Shown here in pieces: positions 62,939 to 64,000 of a stretch of DNA of 64,000 bases. Made by a program: the position numbers and the translations under genes. This DNA comes from Escherichia coli (lineage in GTDB: Bacteria > Pseudomonadota > Gammaproteobacteria > Enterobacterales > Enterobacteriaceae): NCBI RefSeq assembly GCF_022846255.1, contig NZ_AP025682.1. One strand, written 5' to 3'. Positions within the stretch are counted from its first letter, which is position 1, and each line of letters starts with the position of its first letter. Below the pieces are notes generated by a model. That model ran no database searches, was not told the origin of the DNA, and worked only from the letters and a program-made list of their open reading frames with translations.

Positions 62939-63934
62939 TTATCGCTGCGCAATGTTGACTCTTGTCACTGGCGAACTCTGACGATTCTCCCACAGCACCG
63001 TTAATCCACGCTGTAATGCTATAAAAATAAACAACAAAATACCGATGGCGATTTTCGTCCACCAGGAACTCAGCGTGCCATCAAAGTTTATGTAAGTCTG
63101 AATCAGTCCCTGAATCGCCACGCCAAAAAGCGTCCCTAATACCGTTCCAACGCCACCACTCAAAAGCGTACCGCCAATTACCACTGAGGCGATAGCATCC
63201 AGTTCCACACCTACGCCCGCCAGTGCATATCCGGCCTGGGTATAAATCGAGAAGACAATCCCCGCCAGCGTTGCCAGTCCGGTGGAGAGCATATAAATGC
63301 GAATAGTGGTGCTGCGAGTGGAAATCCCCATCAGGTTTGCCGACGTTGCGTTGCCGCCAATGGCGTATACCTGATTACCAAAACGGGTACGATGCGCGAG
63401 TAATATGCCGATAACCACCACCGCCAGCATCAGTAGTCCCATCGCACTTAAGCGACCACCGCCAGGGATTTTCCACGCAAGGCTTGAGAGCGTGTCATAA
63501 ACAGGATGGTTTATCGGGATCGACTCTTCCGAAACGAGATAGCTGACGCCACGCAAAAAGAACATTCCCGCAAGGGTAATGATAAACGCCGGGATCTTCA
63601 GGGCGTCAATCAGAAGCCCCATAAATGCGCCGAAGGCACAGCCCATCACCAACACCAGCGGAAACGCCAGCAGCGGCGAGAGGCCGAAATCGCCAATCAC
63701 TTTTGCCAGAAACACGCCGGTAAAGGCGATCACCGAACCGACGGAGAGATCGATCCCACCGGAGAGGATCACAAAGGTCATGCCAACGGCGATTATCCCA
63801 AGAAAGGCATTATCGGTCAGGATATTGCAGATCACTCTTGTGGAAGCAAAACCGGGAAACTGGGTCAGACAGTAGATATAACCCAACACAAAGACGCCGA
63901 TGGTGATCATCAGTGGCAAATTACGTTTTATCAC
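62939..63934 (-). CDS. yjfF: galactofuranose ABC transporter permease
   Basis: GTG start, MIKRNLPLMITIGVFVLGY..., polytopic, 331 aa, adjacent to fbp as in E. coli. Confidence 0.9.
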   Translation of the reverse strand: MIKRNLPLMITIGVFVLGYIYCLTQFPGFASTRVICNILTDNAFLGIIAVGMTFVILSGGIDLSVGSVIAFTGVFLAKVIGDFGLSPLLAFPLVLVMGCAFGAFMGLLIDALKIPAFIITLAGMFFLRGVSYLVSEESIPINHPVYDTLSSLAWKIPGGGRLSAMGLLMLAVVVIGILLAHRTRFGNQVYAIGGNATSANLMGISTRSTTIRIYMLSTGLATLAGIVFSIYTQAGYALAGVGVELDAIASVVIGGTLLSGGVGTVLGTLFGVAIQGLIQTYINFDGTLSSWWTKIAIGILLFIFIALQRGLTVLWENRQSSPVTRVNIAQR

Positions 63935-64000
63935 GGTTACGTCCCCCTTTAATCAGACTGATAAAGCGTTGCGACTGAACAATCAGCACGCAAAGCACCA
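63921..64000 (-). CDS. ytfT: ABC transporter permease, C-terminal 25 codons only (gene continues beyond the right edge)
   Basis: Minus-strand frame reads ...VLCVLIVQSQRFISLIKGGRNRDKT*, overlapping the yjfF start by 14 nt. The assignment is positional. Confidence 0.7.
   Translation of the reverse strand, partial: VLCVLIVQSQRFISLIKGGRNRDKT

Overview
The window is an Escherichia coli-type chromosome segment. Bases 21.0-64 kb are the conserved leuX-to-fbp backbone in reversed K-12 orientation: leuX, ahr, idnK/DOTR, yjgR, lptGF, pepA, holC, valS, yjgN, yjgM, rraB, argI, yjgL, tabA, bdcRA, yjgH, pyrLBI, ridA, mgtLA, treRBC, nrdDG, cybC, pmbA, yjgA, mpl, fbp, yjfF and the 3' end of ytfT. REP/BIME repeats and the known leaders and operators are present, and I saw nothing unusual in the backbone apart from a small in-frame repeat in yjgL. 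The accessory part is bases 1-21 kb. An ~18 kb, visibly AT-rich island (about 2941-21029) sits in the 3' end of tRNA-Leu(CAA) leuX. It is bounded by the tRNA and a 23-nt direct repeat of the tRNA 3' end. It carries a P4-type integrase, an AlpA-like gene, a MobC/relaxase mobilisation pair and three consecutive overlapping tyrosine recombinase genes. The main finding is a translationally coupled four-gene operon at 3686-9506. It encodes a gamma-class N6-adenine DNA methyltransferase, a 769-aa protein with two GHKL ATPase modules (N-terminal MORC/MutL-like, C-terminal HisKA-like H-box plus HATPase), a receiver-like protein with an unassigned C-terminal domain, and an orphan 247-aa protein. I read it as a candidate undescribed methylation-linked, phosphorelay-type defence system. 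Left of the island (1-2940) is the remnant of an older leuX island: the displaced leuX terminator, an integrase pseudogene cut by an IS3-family fragment, and a WYL-type (BrxR/CapW-like) regulator divergent from an unidentified gene that runs off the window. All family calls come from motif reading by eye. No searches or computations were run.
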